From Epiperipatus broadwayi (lineage: Eukaryota; Animalia; Onychophora): a stretch of DNA of 64,000 nucleotides. A model generated the notes under the pieces. The model worked only from the letters and a program-made list of their open reading frames with translations. It was not told the origin of the DNA and did not search any database. Below, one piece after another: positions 25,401 to 37,565 of the stretch (position 1 is the stretch's first letter; each line of letters starts with the position of its first letter). Made by a program: the position numbers and the translations under genes. Where the stretch lies: positions 3,472,001-3,536,000 of the forward strand of contig JAQFVV010000011.1 in the NCBI GenBank assembly GCA_028023455.1, in the 5' to 3' direction.

Positions 25401-26843
25401 AATTTATTATGTGTGAGACGTATTCCTCATCAGAATAGCATAAAGGTATTGGGAAGTTTTCACTTAAAAAATTAAAGAAATATGATGCAATTCTACAAGA
25501 CAAATCAGCATGCTTGCTACTTATTAGATGTTATTGATTGAACTATTGTAAGGGTCACAATGATCGGAATGAGTATGGGAAGGAAATGAATCCTATCAGA
25601 CTTTGTGAATATTAGCAGTTTTTATGTAAAAAATATTTTAAAAAAGTACTGTGTTGGTTACTTTCATTGGAATAATAAAGCTGGAGCTAAAATAGGTCAG
25701 AAAATTACCTTAAAAAGAGTATTATGTCTTTCAAAAATAAAGTTTTTGAAAAAAATTAAAAGACTGCATTATGAGATATAAATTTAAAAAGAGTAAAATA
25801 CAAGAATATGATACATGGGTACATATTTATGGTTTATGAATTGGTTACCTCAAACTCATCATTAATTTTTTTATTTTAATTTTTCTATTCTGGTTTTTAA
25901 TATTTTAAGTATAATCATTTATAAATACTACTATTGCTGATCACATATTCATCCACTGAAAAATAGATGTGCCATTAACTGAAAGGAGATCCATTAATTC
26001 ATTTCATTTATTTTAGCATTGCAGTTGTTCCTATCAAAAAATCTTCTCATAATAAACAAATATGAATAGGTTACTTAGCAACATGTGTGATGAGTTTGTT
26101 AACTTTAGCTTTTGAATTTTTGAAACTGAATTTTCTTTTTGGAATTTGGGTCTCTGTTCTTTTTAGAGTCCTGATAATTCTTGGCTAAGAACAATAATTA
26201 AATCACATGACTATTAATTTGTGCCTAATATCTGAATTAGTAGAAAACTAAATTGCTGTAGCTGAGATCTATTTATGCATGTATGAGTCATCAATGAATA
26301 CTTGATGGTAATACAACATAAACTCCAAACTAGTTTCTTCATCAATAGGATTTAGTTCAATATTCCTGACTTACTAAGACAGATAATCAAAAACAGGTAT
26401 CCATTGATTATTTATAACTTCATGTAGAATATTAAGAGGATTTTTATTGTTAGCATTAGTTAGGTTTTCCTGAAAATGGAAGGAAAGAATGCATTTCATT
26501 ATTCTTGTGACAGACAACAAAATAGTGTAAATTTCATTCATTGGAGGCTGTAAAATCATCAAGATATGTTAAAAAGTTTTAAGTTTTGAATCTAAGTTTG
26601 CCCTCAAGTATGGCTTTATATTTGGCCCATTTACAAATTTGTGAGAGATTTTGAAATGAAAGAAATTTACAAAAATTAAAAATACTTTTACAGCAGTTTC
26701 ACAATAATAATTTTATGGAATAAAATAAGTCTATAAGGGAGAAAAATACCGATTTGTCATTTAGATTTTTGTAAATAATAGATATATTCTTCAGAATTTC
26801 AAAGAAATGTTTCAAGAGTCATCAGATAAATGATTAAAAAACT

Positions 26844-27410
26844 AAATATAGGGGACTTGAACTCAGACTTTCAAGCACCCTTCAACTATCCACACCATCT
26901 CATACTATTGATACACATGACGACATACATGTAGAAAAGATAAGTAATCACCAATATATGTATTTCATGCTAAACCAGCACTCATCAGTTGATCCAGATT
27001 ATCATCTCCCGCACACATATATATAATCTGTGCTATACATGAAGGGTCAGAGTGACTTAAGGTCAACATGGATATGACAATAATGTTGGCATCAACATGG
27101 GATTTGGGCTTTCCATCTCAGATTTTCAATGATATGGATGTGAAAAGGTGAAGGTTGAAGTAGATTGAAGCCTGTCCATTAAGTATGAAGATTTGCTATC
27201 TTAATACAAAATGAGCACTGATTATATATATATGTATATATATGGGAGATGATAATCTGGACCAACTGATGAGTGCTGGTTTAGCACAAAATACAGATAT
27301 TGGTGATTATTTATCTTTTCTACATGCATGTGGTCATGTGTATCAGTTGTATGAGATGGTGTGGATAGTTGAAGGGTGCTTGAAAGTCTGAGTTCAAGTC
27401 ACCTATATTT
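26844..27410. mobile_element. family E foldback with two hammerheads
   Basis: Arms 26844-27034 / 27214-27410. Minus hammerhead 26950-26993 has an intact core (CTGATGA-GTGCT-GGTTT-AGCAT-GAAA-TACATA-TA); plus hammerhead 27261-27304 has G12>A. Confidence 0.92.
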
Positions 27411-28489
27411 ATAATTAAGCTCCAGGTTTGTGAAGAGTGCCTGGTTTTCAAATATTTAAAAGACTAAAGTAATGTTCAATAGTTTTCACAGAAGAAGAAA
27501 ATAAAGAGCTGATAATAATGAATTAGAAGATAACAACTATGAAGATCTTGGTTAGATTAAAATTAATCATAGAATTAAACTGAAATAGTGCTTTTGATAG
27601 AAATAATATAATATTAAAAAAACATGTTTATGATTAAAAGCTTTTTAATATATAAGTATTGCTATTTTGTACATGTATGTCTGAGACTTAGACACTTAGA
27701 ATAAAAACAATACAGAGACTTCACACAAAAAAGTATGAAGATATATACATGGGAGTAATAAGAGAGATTGAAAGTCAAATCTCTTGGTAAAAGAATAAAC
27801 ATATATTATTGGCATCATCGAAGGAATTAAGAGAAATAGAACTGGGTTAGCACTTTTTCAGAAAAACATGTTAATAAATGGATAGTTGAAACCATAAAAT
27901 GAATTATAAAAGACCTAAAAAAAGACCACATGTGAGATGAATGGAGCTGATAAGCTGTGGATGAAAAATTTTGATTAAACTTGGATTGGGTATACAATAA
28001 AATTAAAAAAATATATTGCATATTAAAAGAGTAATCATCGGACTTTGTATAATTAGAAAAGATATGAAGAAACTACCAATTGATTTGGAAAGTGGGCCTG
28101 AACAATGGGTGACATTATGAGTAAACAAATATGAAAGTATACTGCTGAGAAGAATTATTGCATACAAAATATGATTAGTAATTCAATTTAAGAGAGGATA
28201 CCAAATGTGAATAATTCAGAATTTCATCCTGACAAATTTACATCTTGTTAAAAATATAAAGAATTTTTAAAGAGTATTTTTGTGAAGATTTGTGATGGAG
28301 GCAATTTCATTGTTTTCATCATCTAACATTAAATATTGAATGTCTTTAGGCAATTGTTTTAAACTTTCTTTAAATTTTCTAATTACATTCAACTGTTAGT
28401 AATAGCACCCATATTAGTATGTACACAATGTTTCAAATGGTATTCTTCTTCTACCTTCTTCAGGCATTGCTAGCCTGATGAGTGACAGT

Positions 28490-28562
28490 ACTAGCATGGG
28501 AATTGAACCTGGACCTTTACATTCTTGAAAATTGAACCAACCAACTGAAATATTCTGCCAAA
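28490..28562 (-). repeat. degenerate tRNA-like or SINE fragment
   Basis: Minus strand TCAGTTGGTTGG...GGTCCAGGTTCAATTCCCATGCTAG with a B-box-like GGTTCAATTCC. Confidence 0.4.
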
Positions 28563-29255
28563 GACAACAATTAAAGTTTAACTTTCTCTTAGCTATTTAG
28601 GATCTTCAATATCAAAGTAAATAGCTATATGTGTTTATTAAGTCTTATTTTTATGAAAATTCTTGGTAGACTATTGAAAAGTGACACAGTGAGATACCTA
28701 GCTCTTTTGCAGCACAATAAATGGCTATTGAAATCATTCCACTGATTGTCATTTACTGATTACTTTAATATATTAAATGAAGAACTGATAAGCATACTTC
28801 TGTCATCTTTTTAGTTTTAGAGACCCTACTCCTGGCAATAAGACTTCCAATTTAATTAATCATACTGATTTTCCCCCTATATTTTAACTTACGTGGAGTA
28901 ACAAATAACTTCAGCCATTGATATACAAGTTCCAGTTCTCTTCTAATAAATAATGTGACCAGATGTTTATGGTAAAATGCAGAACACATTCAAATAAAAT
29001 AAAAAAAAACTTAACATATTTATGAGGATACCATTTTATTAGTTTATTTAATTGTGGATCATTAAAACACCTTGGATCTCTCCTTATAGGCATTCAGTAA
29101 TTTAATATAAAATAAATTTATAAATAAAAATATAATTTTAATATATTAAAAATACCCACCCACCCACTTTTCATGACAAAAAATTAATTACATAGAGAAT
29201 AACAGTCTCAATTCAAAAAATAGTGTCCTTCAAAAATAACTTTATAATTATCAAT

Positions 29256-29475
29256 ATAATCATATATATTGCTTATAACACTTCTTTCTTATACACTTTA
29301 ATGCAACAAATTTTTTTAAAAACTTCTTTATTTTTTAATTAAAGCAGAGAAGATAGAGCTCTGATGAAGACTGCAGGACAGCCGAAACTGTAAGGAGAAT
29401 AAAGAAGTTTTTAAGAAAATTTGTTGCATTAAAGTGTATAAGAAAGAAGTGTTATAAGCAATATATAAGATTATA
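29256..29475. mobile_element. family H foldback with central hammerhead
   Basis: Arms ~29256-29330 / 29400-29475; CTGATGA(29361)-A-GACTG-CAGGA-CAGCC-GAAA-CTG-TA; stem I weak. Confidence 0.75.
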
Positions 29476-31053
29476 TGAAGATATGCAAAGAAAGTGAAAG
29501 AGAAGAATAAGAGAATAACTATCAATATAAAAAATAATACTAAATAAATAATTATATCATATATATTTTCTGCAGAGTGATTTTCTTTTTGTAATTTACT
29601 TGAAATATTGTTCAATAAATAAATTTATTATCACTTTTCTGTATGACTATAATAATTACATTTATAAAAGTTAGGGCATTTGCCCTACAAAAGGTAGAAT
29701 TATGTTTATAAATTTTAGCTCTTATTCATTCTAAGCATCCTTTCAATACATTGTATATCATAATCAAAGCTCTTTTAAGTTTATTATCTTGCTAGCTTAA
29801 TTTAAATTTATTGTTTGTTATTCAAATGAATATAAAATTCTTCAGAGAGCCCAACTTTTTGACAGAGGGATGTTGGTTTCTTTTTTATTTATAGGAAATT
29901 TATCCTTGGCCAAGCCTCCTTGATCTTTTTTTTTAATCTTCCCTTTCAATGCAAATGGCATTCACTTTGGGGAGTTCAAATTTATGGCCTGACTGTTGTT
30001 TATGTTCTAAGAATATAGATGAGTATTTATTACTTTTTTGACCCTAAAATATAAGTAATTGTGTTGGGCCAGGCTTGCAAACAAATTTGCCCTCACCTCT
30101 TCATAATAAACATATTTACAGTTGGCTTTGTTGCATTTAATTTTATAATAAATTTAAAAGAGCTATGATTATGATATACAATATATTGAAAGCATGCTTA
30201 GCAAGAATAAAGGTCAAAACTTATAAACTTATGTCTACTTTTTGGGGTTAAATGTCCTATTATTTATATATTTAACATTAAAATATTGTTATGAAATTCA
30301 TCATATGAATTTTCAAAATTGCTGGACATTTCTAAGTGAGGTTTTTTTCTTCTGAAGTCCAAAAATATAATGAAAGGTTGTATGTTTAATCTAGGACTGT
30401 TTTCATTGTGAAACAAATAAATCAAATCCAGGACAATCCTGCATAATATGGAATGTTTTGCCACTTTTACAATAAGTAAACAAATCAAAAATTGGTAATA
30501 TATATATATATATATTTCATTGAGGCAAAATTTTAATTGTAAAATCCAAAAATAAAAACTATACATGTTGTAAATACATATATAAATTCACAAATATATT
30601 AATATTTGTTTTTATTATTTACCTATGAAAAGATTGTAAAAAATAAAAATAGTGGAATGATTGTCACTCTAAGGTTCATAAAAAATTTGAGCACTGGAAA
30701 TGACAAAGATGAGCCATCAATGACCTTGAGTTTTTGAATCCACAACCGTTATGAATGTAATAAACCACGCAAGCAGAAAAATTAATGCACTTAACTTTAA
30801 TTAAATTGTTTAAACAATACAATTAAAATATATCTTTAAATTTTCTTCTTTGGTTGTGAAAATCTCAGTTTAAAAAATTAAATCCCTAATTGACATAAAA
30901 GATATTGTTTTATTTTGATCATTCATCACTTACTAGGAATAATTTGTTTTTTAAAAAAAAAATCACTTAATAATCTGGTTAATTTTTTTATAAATTACAA
31001 GCTTTAGTTAATAATTTCAACGAAAGTTTAATGTTCTCAGTAAAATAAAATAA

Positions 31054-31243
31054 ATGAATGATATCTCAATGGAAGTAATAAAAAAGAAACTTCAGTTGAC
31101 CATTTATGCTGAATGGATTGAATAAAAACGTGAGCAGAATTCTAAACCCAATGCTATTCTGAAAAATGAATGGCTGGTCTTTTTTATACAAGCCTTTCTT
31201 GTTGAGTGATGTTTTACTGTGAATATTAATAGTTGCCAAGAAA
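31054..31243 (+). pseudogene. candidate exon with TAA and TGA stops
   Basis: MNDISMEVIKKKLQLTIYAEWIE*KREQNSKPNAILKNEWLVFFIQAFLVE*CFTVNINSCQE+A|gtaagt; phase-compatible with 31871-31920 (INDYLQTKKYIMEFLQM|gtagac). Confidence 0.25.
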
Positions 31244-32889
31244 GTAAGTTATATTTATCATCAAGCAAAAATTGCATTAGAATATGAAAAAGAGATGTCA
31301 TTACGTTCTTAGATTTTTTCTTTTTTTAAATAAAAAAATTTTCATCCTATAAAAATGACTATAGGGATAGTAAAAGCGGGAGGAAAAAACTGTTTAGATC
31401 GGCTACCCTTAAACAAAAGATCTTGTGATCTGATTGGTTAGAATAAATACTATTGAAGTAAAAGAAAGGCACAATCAACATATAATAATGCTTTATAAAA
31501 TGCAACTGTTGAATGAATTGACTCGTGGGAAATGTTATTAGAAATTCATTTTCAGCGTAATATTTAGTTTATTATGAATAAACTCAATTATATAAACAAT
31601 CCACAGACATTGCCATATATTTTTTGAACAGAAGAACTTATTGTTAACAACAATTAAGTTTCTTCAAATCTCATTAACCACCTTCAGAAGTAACTGTAAA
31701 AAGAAATTATATATATAAAATCGAAAATGAGATAAACAACAGTTATATAAATAAATTCCAAAGCATTATTCATTTGTACAATTTGTATTTTTTAATTTTT
31801 CTTTATAATTTCTTATAATTAATTCTGGAATGGTTTAGGTAAGCAATATATTGCTTTGTTTTTATAACAGTCAACGATTATTTACAAACGAAAAAATATA
31901 TTATGGAGTTTTTGCAGATGGTAGACATCTTTGGGAGTTTATTATGAATACTATGAGAAAAGGCATATCCAGTAACATTCATCGATATGCTCCAACAAAT
32001 CAAGGCCTGGGACAACAAGACCACACCCCCAGATACTTTTGCTGCCACCTAGTCACTGCTTAAACAACCATTCAATCTATAATAGGTCATACTCCAACAA
32101 TAACCTCATTGAATAGTATTCAATGGTACCATCCATTACTTTCAATAAAACTCACTTTCACTAACTGCCTTCAACTCCATTTAACACTGGACTATAGAAT
32201 TTGCTCCACATCTATCACATTCTGCTGCCTGTCACCATGTGGAATTTCTACTCTGAATTAACTTTGTTCGTTGTACAGACCCATGGCTTGATTTTGTGCT
32301 ATATAAATTACCAGTTACCACCCTATTATACTACAGGATTAACAATTAAAAGAACAATAACTGAATGACTATAAATAACCTTTAATATGATACCAAATCT
32401 GCACCTGTAACTCTTGCAATCAATGTTATGTAATGCCATGTAACCTAAAGGATTGTTAAAGATTATTGTTAAAACATAAAAGGCAGAATGAAATGCCTAA
32501 TATTAATAACTTAAAATAGATAAATGGACATTGTTTTTATGAAGCCACAAACAAATCAAAACAAAAATATTTAGTTCCAAAGTGAATAATACATAAAATG
32601 CAATAATAATCTTATATTATCTGTTTGGGGAGGAGAGTATAACTTCAAAGATTCTTACAGATTAAATACAACAGCTCCATTAAGTTCATCAAGTTACCAG
32701 AACTTTTACTCTTTAGTCTGATACTTGACTACTGTGTATTTCTTCACAAGATCATCAAACATTTATATATGCTTAGCTAATATAAACAGATAAAATAACT
32801 TAAAAATGGATTTCAGGCTCTAAGATATCTTTAAAATTTTGAGTAATGCATATAATTTTTAATAGAATTAATTTCTGGGTTGGATAGCA

Positions 32890-33530
32890 AGGCATGGGTT
32901 CTACATCACCCAGAGCATCCCCAGATTGTGGATAGGGAATGACCTTCAGATATGACGGTTAGCTCCAAATAAGCAGAGTACTGTAAATAAGCAGTCACTG
33001 ACAATGCTGACAATGGGACAACATTCACTATCAGGAAGTGGTGAAGGAGACAGTGGTGGGTTACCTTCTATAAATACCACAATTCCTATACACAATGGGT
33101 GCTGGGTCAGCAACAGCATTCTGCAAAGTCAGTGAAAGATCATTATAGGTGACAATGGTGAGTAAAAAATGGTTGATGAATGTTCATTTTATGAGATTTA
33201 GCTAGCACCCTAAGCCTGTTATGGAGGCTATTTCTGGGTAAAGAAGTTAATGGAAAACCACTTTGCCTTATAATTCACTTATTTTATTATGAGTATGTCT
33301 ACAGGAATCGTTATGTTTAGTGTTGAGACCTTCGTTAAGAATGACTTTGGTGTATTGCCCAGCAGAAGACATAAGACACCTCAGATCGTAAACCTACAAA
33401 ATCCTCATAAACTTATTTCATTGAGAGAAGACTCATTGAAAATTGGCATGTGGACAGTTAGATCTCTGAGAAGATCTGGGAAATTGGAAAATTTAACAAG
33501 AGAGTTGTTATATAAATAATATTGATGTTA
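32890..33530 (+). mobile_element. RTE LINE 5' end (5'UTR + start of APE domain)
   Basis: LKIGMWTVRSLRRSGKLENLTREL matches the RTE N-terminal LKIGTWNVRSL motif; the upstream block resembles RTE 5'UTRs as I recall them. Confidence 0.75.
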
Positions 33531-34189
33531 TAGTGTTTCCCTGAAGATTTGTAGTGATGGCATTTTGGTTATACTTATATTTTGGACTGTTTCTCTCATT
33601 TAAGATTAAATATATCTACAAATATTCAACATTTAATATGAAATGATAAAAATAGTTCAATATATAAGTATAAATATAATGTTTAATAGTTGAAATTTGG
33701 CCATATTATGAGGCAAACTAAATTCATTAGTTATATACAGCTTGAAAAGATTATCACAACAGCAATTCACCATTGAAGAGCTGAGAAACCAAGTGATATT
33801 AGGTTATTCTGGAGAAATGCCAGTCATAGTATTATCAGTTGTCGAGGTTGATTTGATGGAAAATAATAATAAAAAACATAGAACAGATCTTTTCATTTAA
33901 AAATAATTTTAAAATAACTAATAATAAAAAGAAATAATTAAACTCCGGTGCTTATTATACATGTATATAATTTTAATGCGCAAATACGCGCACAACAACT
34001 GAGCTTCATCAGGATTAGATAACAATATTATAAACTCAAAATAATTATAATATCTAAAGAATAATGCCCGAGCGCTTTCAAGAGAACTTAGCTCTCATAA
34101 TCATGGGCAACAAAGTATAAGCATAGCGTGTTGGTATATGCTAAAATATGCTGATATATGTAAATTAGTTGAAAATAAATGCGTCACCT

Positions 34190-34474
34190 CTAAATGATCC
34201 ATTTCTTAGAGATTTTGTAACACGCATCTTTCCTATTCATAGCCTTATCATCAATAGCAATAAAACATGCTTCTTTAACTTTTCTCTTAATGTCATTTCT
34301 CTCCCTGCAAACTATTCTTGCATTTTTAGGTTCACATGCATGACCAGCTGATTTCTGATGTATAGCAAATATTGAGTTGCAATTTGGGTCTACTTGGGCC
34401 TTATTGTAAGAATATCTATGCTGGGATAGTCTTGTAGAAAGAGTTGCTTTTGTTTCCCCATAGTATGATGCCAT
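34190..34474 (-). pseudogene. GIY-YIG endonuclease C-terminal fragment of a Penelope-like element (mirrored on + at 34485-34721)
   Basis: YYGETKATLSTRLSQH...HQKSAGH...KRKVKEACFI...MNRKD, i.e. the YIGET-R-EH / H / KEA / NR pattern of PLE endonucleases. Confidence 0.88.
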
Positions 34475-34801
34475 GCAGTTATTTTCCCAGCATAGATATT
34501 CTTACAATAAGGCCCAAGTAGACCCAAATTGCAACTCAATATTTGCTATACATCAGAAATCAGCTGGTCATGCATGTGAACCTAAAAATGCAAGAATAGT
34601 TTGCAGGGAGAGAAATGACATTAAGAGAAAAGTTAAAGAAGCATGTTTTATTGCTATTGATGATAAGGCTATGAATAGGAAAGATGCGTGTTACAAAATC
34701 TCTAAGAAATGGATCATTTAGAGGTGACGCATTTATTTTCAACTAATTTACATATATCAGCATATTTTAGCATATACCAACACGCTATGCTTATACTTTG
34801 T

Positions 34802-34846
34802 TGCCCATGATTATGAGAGCTAAGTTCTCTTGAAAGCGCTCGGGCA
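34802..34846 (+). ncRNA. minimal hammerhead variant with A3-U8 core (identical mirror copy at 34065-34109, -)
   Basis: TGCCC-ATGATTA-T-GAGAG-CTAAGTT-CTCTT-GAAA-GCGC-TC-GGGCA; 5-bp stem I, stem II, palindromic AGCGCT stem III, 81 nt after the GIY-YIG stop. Confidence 0.7.
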
Positions 34847-35060
34847 TTATTCTTTAGATATTATAATTATTTTGAGTTTATAATATTGTTATTTAATCCT
34901 GATGAAGCTCGGTTGTTGTGCGCGTATTTGCGCATTAAAATTAATAACTAATAATATAAATTATATTGTTGCAAATTTTGTTAAATCAGGTTGACAAAGT
35001 TGCAAAATTTTCAACTCATGATATAAATGATCCTAAGAATTTTTTTTTTAAAAAAATTTA

Positions 35061-35102
35061 ATCCCTCTGAAGAAGACTGCAAAACAGTTGAAACATAAGA
35101 AT
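35061..35102 (+). ncRNA. hammerhead motif, family H, CpG-decayed
   Basis: CTGAAGA(35067)-A-GACTG-CAAAA-CAGTT-GAAA-CA-TA; stem I mostly lost. Confidence 0.55.
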
Positions 35103-35499
35103 TTGTGTACATATGCACAATAAAGGTTGTTTTGCTAAAGACTGTTCAAAGAAAAGTGGATAAGTTGCATTTATATAAAATATAACAGAAAAATAGAAGT
35201 GGTGGACTTAGTAACATGTATGACATTTATTAATCATTATGGTATCCACCATTGTAAAGCTTAAACAATATACCAAATGTTTGCAAGTTCATAGTATTTT
35301 CTCATCTATTTAAAAGAAACCAGGCTCATGTGTACTTGCAGAACTTAGAAGCTTTTTTGTCCCTAGGATTATCATTACTGCCAGAGCTAGACAATTTAAC
35401 AGTCTAATACTGCTATATGTAAAAAAAAAAATTTCATTGAAATTGATCTATTATTTCCTAAGTTAGAAGGAAATAGATATTTATTTTATTTTATATAAG

Positions 35500-35990
35500 T
35501 AGTAAATATTCATTGATAAAAGCAAAAGCCAGAAACTGGTCTGAGCATAGGTATTTAAATACTAAGAATAGGGATTATGTATGCATTTAGTTTTCACTGA
35601 TTACTCAAGCTTACATTAGATGGTATTATAGTGAAGTACATCTTATACCATCTATTAAATGAATGTAGATGCTTATAAGCAGAAAGAGTGCAAATAATGA
35701 AGTTATGGGAGAATAAATATAAATGAAGTAACTATACAGAAAGTGGGTTCATGGTTTTTTGTGCTGGGTTTGGAAAACAAGAGGGATCTAGATATAAAGG
35801 CCATAAAGTGGATAAAGATAATGTTGAGGTAATGGGATAGAGCAAGGTAGAGAAGAATATGGAAAAAACTTAGAGTGGGAAATAAAAAGAGGAGAGAAGG
35901 TAGCTAACAGGTTTCTCACATAGTGGCTGAGAGATTCCTGACTCCGATAAAGGAGAAGCCATAGTGCATCACATCATATAATATTTTGTT
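35500..35990 (+). mobile_element. old LINE ORF2 C-terminal / 3'-end remnant
   Basis: Decayed L.KA...YVC...HLLNEC..AER pattern typical of C-terminal Cys/His regions; distal part repeated at 346-535. Confidence 0.5.
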
Positions 35991-36687
35991 TAAGTTGGAG
36001 TTTGGTGATTTGTTAATTGTCCAAAGAAAGTTTAAAATTTATTATAGGCCCAAATAAGTTTGACACCATATTTATAAATATAATGATTAGTTCTAAAAGA
36101 GCTTTGATAGTAGGTTGAAGTACAATGATAAAAACCTTATTAATAAAATTTAAAATCTAACTAAATTTGTTAAAATTAAAAATCTTGATCAAATTCTTTC
36201 TCATTGAAATAAGGATATTGCAAAATTTCCAAATCTCCAAATCTAATAATTCAACTTTTTTTTTTCAGGAAAAGGGATAAATTATGAGCTGAATGCACAT
36301 AAGTGCATAAAAACTTCATCATCAGTGCTAAAGACTGCATCATATTGCTATCACATTGTTTGCTTTTACAGTCAGTGTATCAATGCCTATCTGATCAACC
36401 CCTATAGTAATAAGAAATTAGTATTCAGTAACTTATAATAGCTAACTGGGATGACTATTCTTAAAAAAATTCTAGCTGGGATCAACAGATTATGCACTAA
36501 TCATGGCTTTAATCATTTTCAGGGTCCAAATTTATTCTCTTAAAATTAATATTTCATACCTTTTAATTGTGCAAACTAATTTATTTAAATATTTAGGTAT
36601 AAGAAAATCTGCATATAACAACAATGTAAGTTATAGCAATAAAATAAATAGGTAAATAAGGACAAGCAAAAAATAAATAAATACAGC

Positions 36688-36770
36688 ATCACAATTTCAA
36701 ACCATTGTCAAGGCAACCTCAATTAACAATAATGTGGAGGTTGCCATGACAACTGTTTGAAATTGTTGAT
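36688..36770. repeat. 83-nt near-perfect hairpin
   Basis: ATCACAATTTCAAACCATTGTCAAGGCAACCTC pairs with GAGGTTGCCATGACAACTGTTTGAAATTGTTGAT; 16-nt loop. Confidence 0.85.
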
Positions 36771-37372
36771 TGTTATTGATATTGGGATTGCCTAAGTGTT
36801 GACTGTTTTTTAATGATTACTTACAAACATATTTAGCCTTGAACATTATTACATTTATTATATACATATAATTGAATGACTTTATTGCTAAAAATCTGAC
36901 CATCAAAAATGGCCATGTTCAATGGGCCTAGCACTCAATCGCTGCATTAAAACCCTATAAAAATGAAAAAGAAAAAAAACTAATGATAAAAAATTTAAAT
37001 AACTAGAATTGAAGACTTTCAATAAATTTTCCTTTTAAAAATAGAATATATATATATATATATATTGGGAGTTAATCCTTCTAGTTAAGCAAGTTGATGG
37101 AGTTTGCAAGTATAGATACTATTAATATCAAATAAAATAAAGGCATTACTTTTAATGATTTATTTTTTTAAATTGTTAATTATATACTAAACAAATCAAT
37201 ATATAGTTACATTTTTTATACATATTAAAAAGATACTGAGGCAAAAGTCCTACTGCAAACCAGAGTAATAAATAGATGCAAAAAGGTTATTAAAAAAACC
37301 AAAGATGCCAATATGTATAGATACTTAAATGGGTTTAGATGAGCTTGGGTTCAAAACATTATTGAGTCTTCA

Positions 37373-37565
37373 TTTTGGATTCATAGCTTTAGAGTTAACT
37401 AAAATGGTAAAAGGTGACTGCTAGAGGTTTTACATTAGGTTCTAAGAGCTAGGTACAGTGCTCTCAGATCCAAGGCTTCCCACTGATGAAAGCCACTAGT
37501 CTGGAGATATTGGATGAGCAGGCACCAGATAGGGATTTTATGCACAAACTTTCTTGCATCTATTA
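37373..37565 (+). mobile_element. family A copy with internally deleted hammerhead
   Basis: CTGATGA(37483)-AAGCC-ACTAG-TC lacks loop II and GAAA; the deletion lies between GCCA microhomologies. Confidence 0.85.

Larger units (their letters stand above)
33927..34942. mobile_element. Penelope-like element foldback (inverted pLTR-like: GIY-YIG C-terminus + 3'UTR)
   Basis: 459-bp arms 33968-34426 / 34485-34943 (two mismatches noticed), 58-nt spacer; 14-bp TSD AATAACTAATAATA at 33913-33926 and 34943-34956. Confidence 0.93.

Noticed and set aside
25400-25432. CTGATGA-GGA-ATACG-TCT on the minus strand
   Set aside because: No GAAA and no stems I or III.
26168-26610. Long + frame that reads protein-like if stops are ignored
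   Set aside because: About 10 stops in 150 codons, the rate expected for random 70% AT DNA.
28468-28497. CTGATGA-GT-GACA-GTAC-TA with AGTACT palindrome
   Set aside because: No stem II and GAAA altered; overlaps a tRNA-like remnant.
3945-31243. TAA/TAG reassigned to Gln (variant genetic code), suggested by Gln-plausible stops in exon candidates
   Set aside because: The same segments and the LINEs also contain TGA stops and frameshifts; C>T decay or chance explains the pattern, and the repeat content is animal-like.
34899-34930. Second hammerhead in the Penelope arm (CTGATGA-A-GCTC...GTGC-GCGTA)
   Set aside because: GAAA is absent and stem I does not pair; it may be a deleted relic but cannot be supported.
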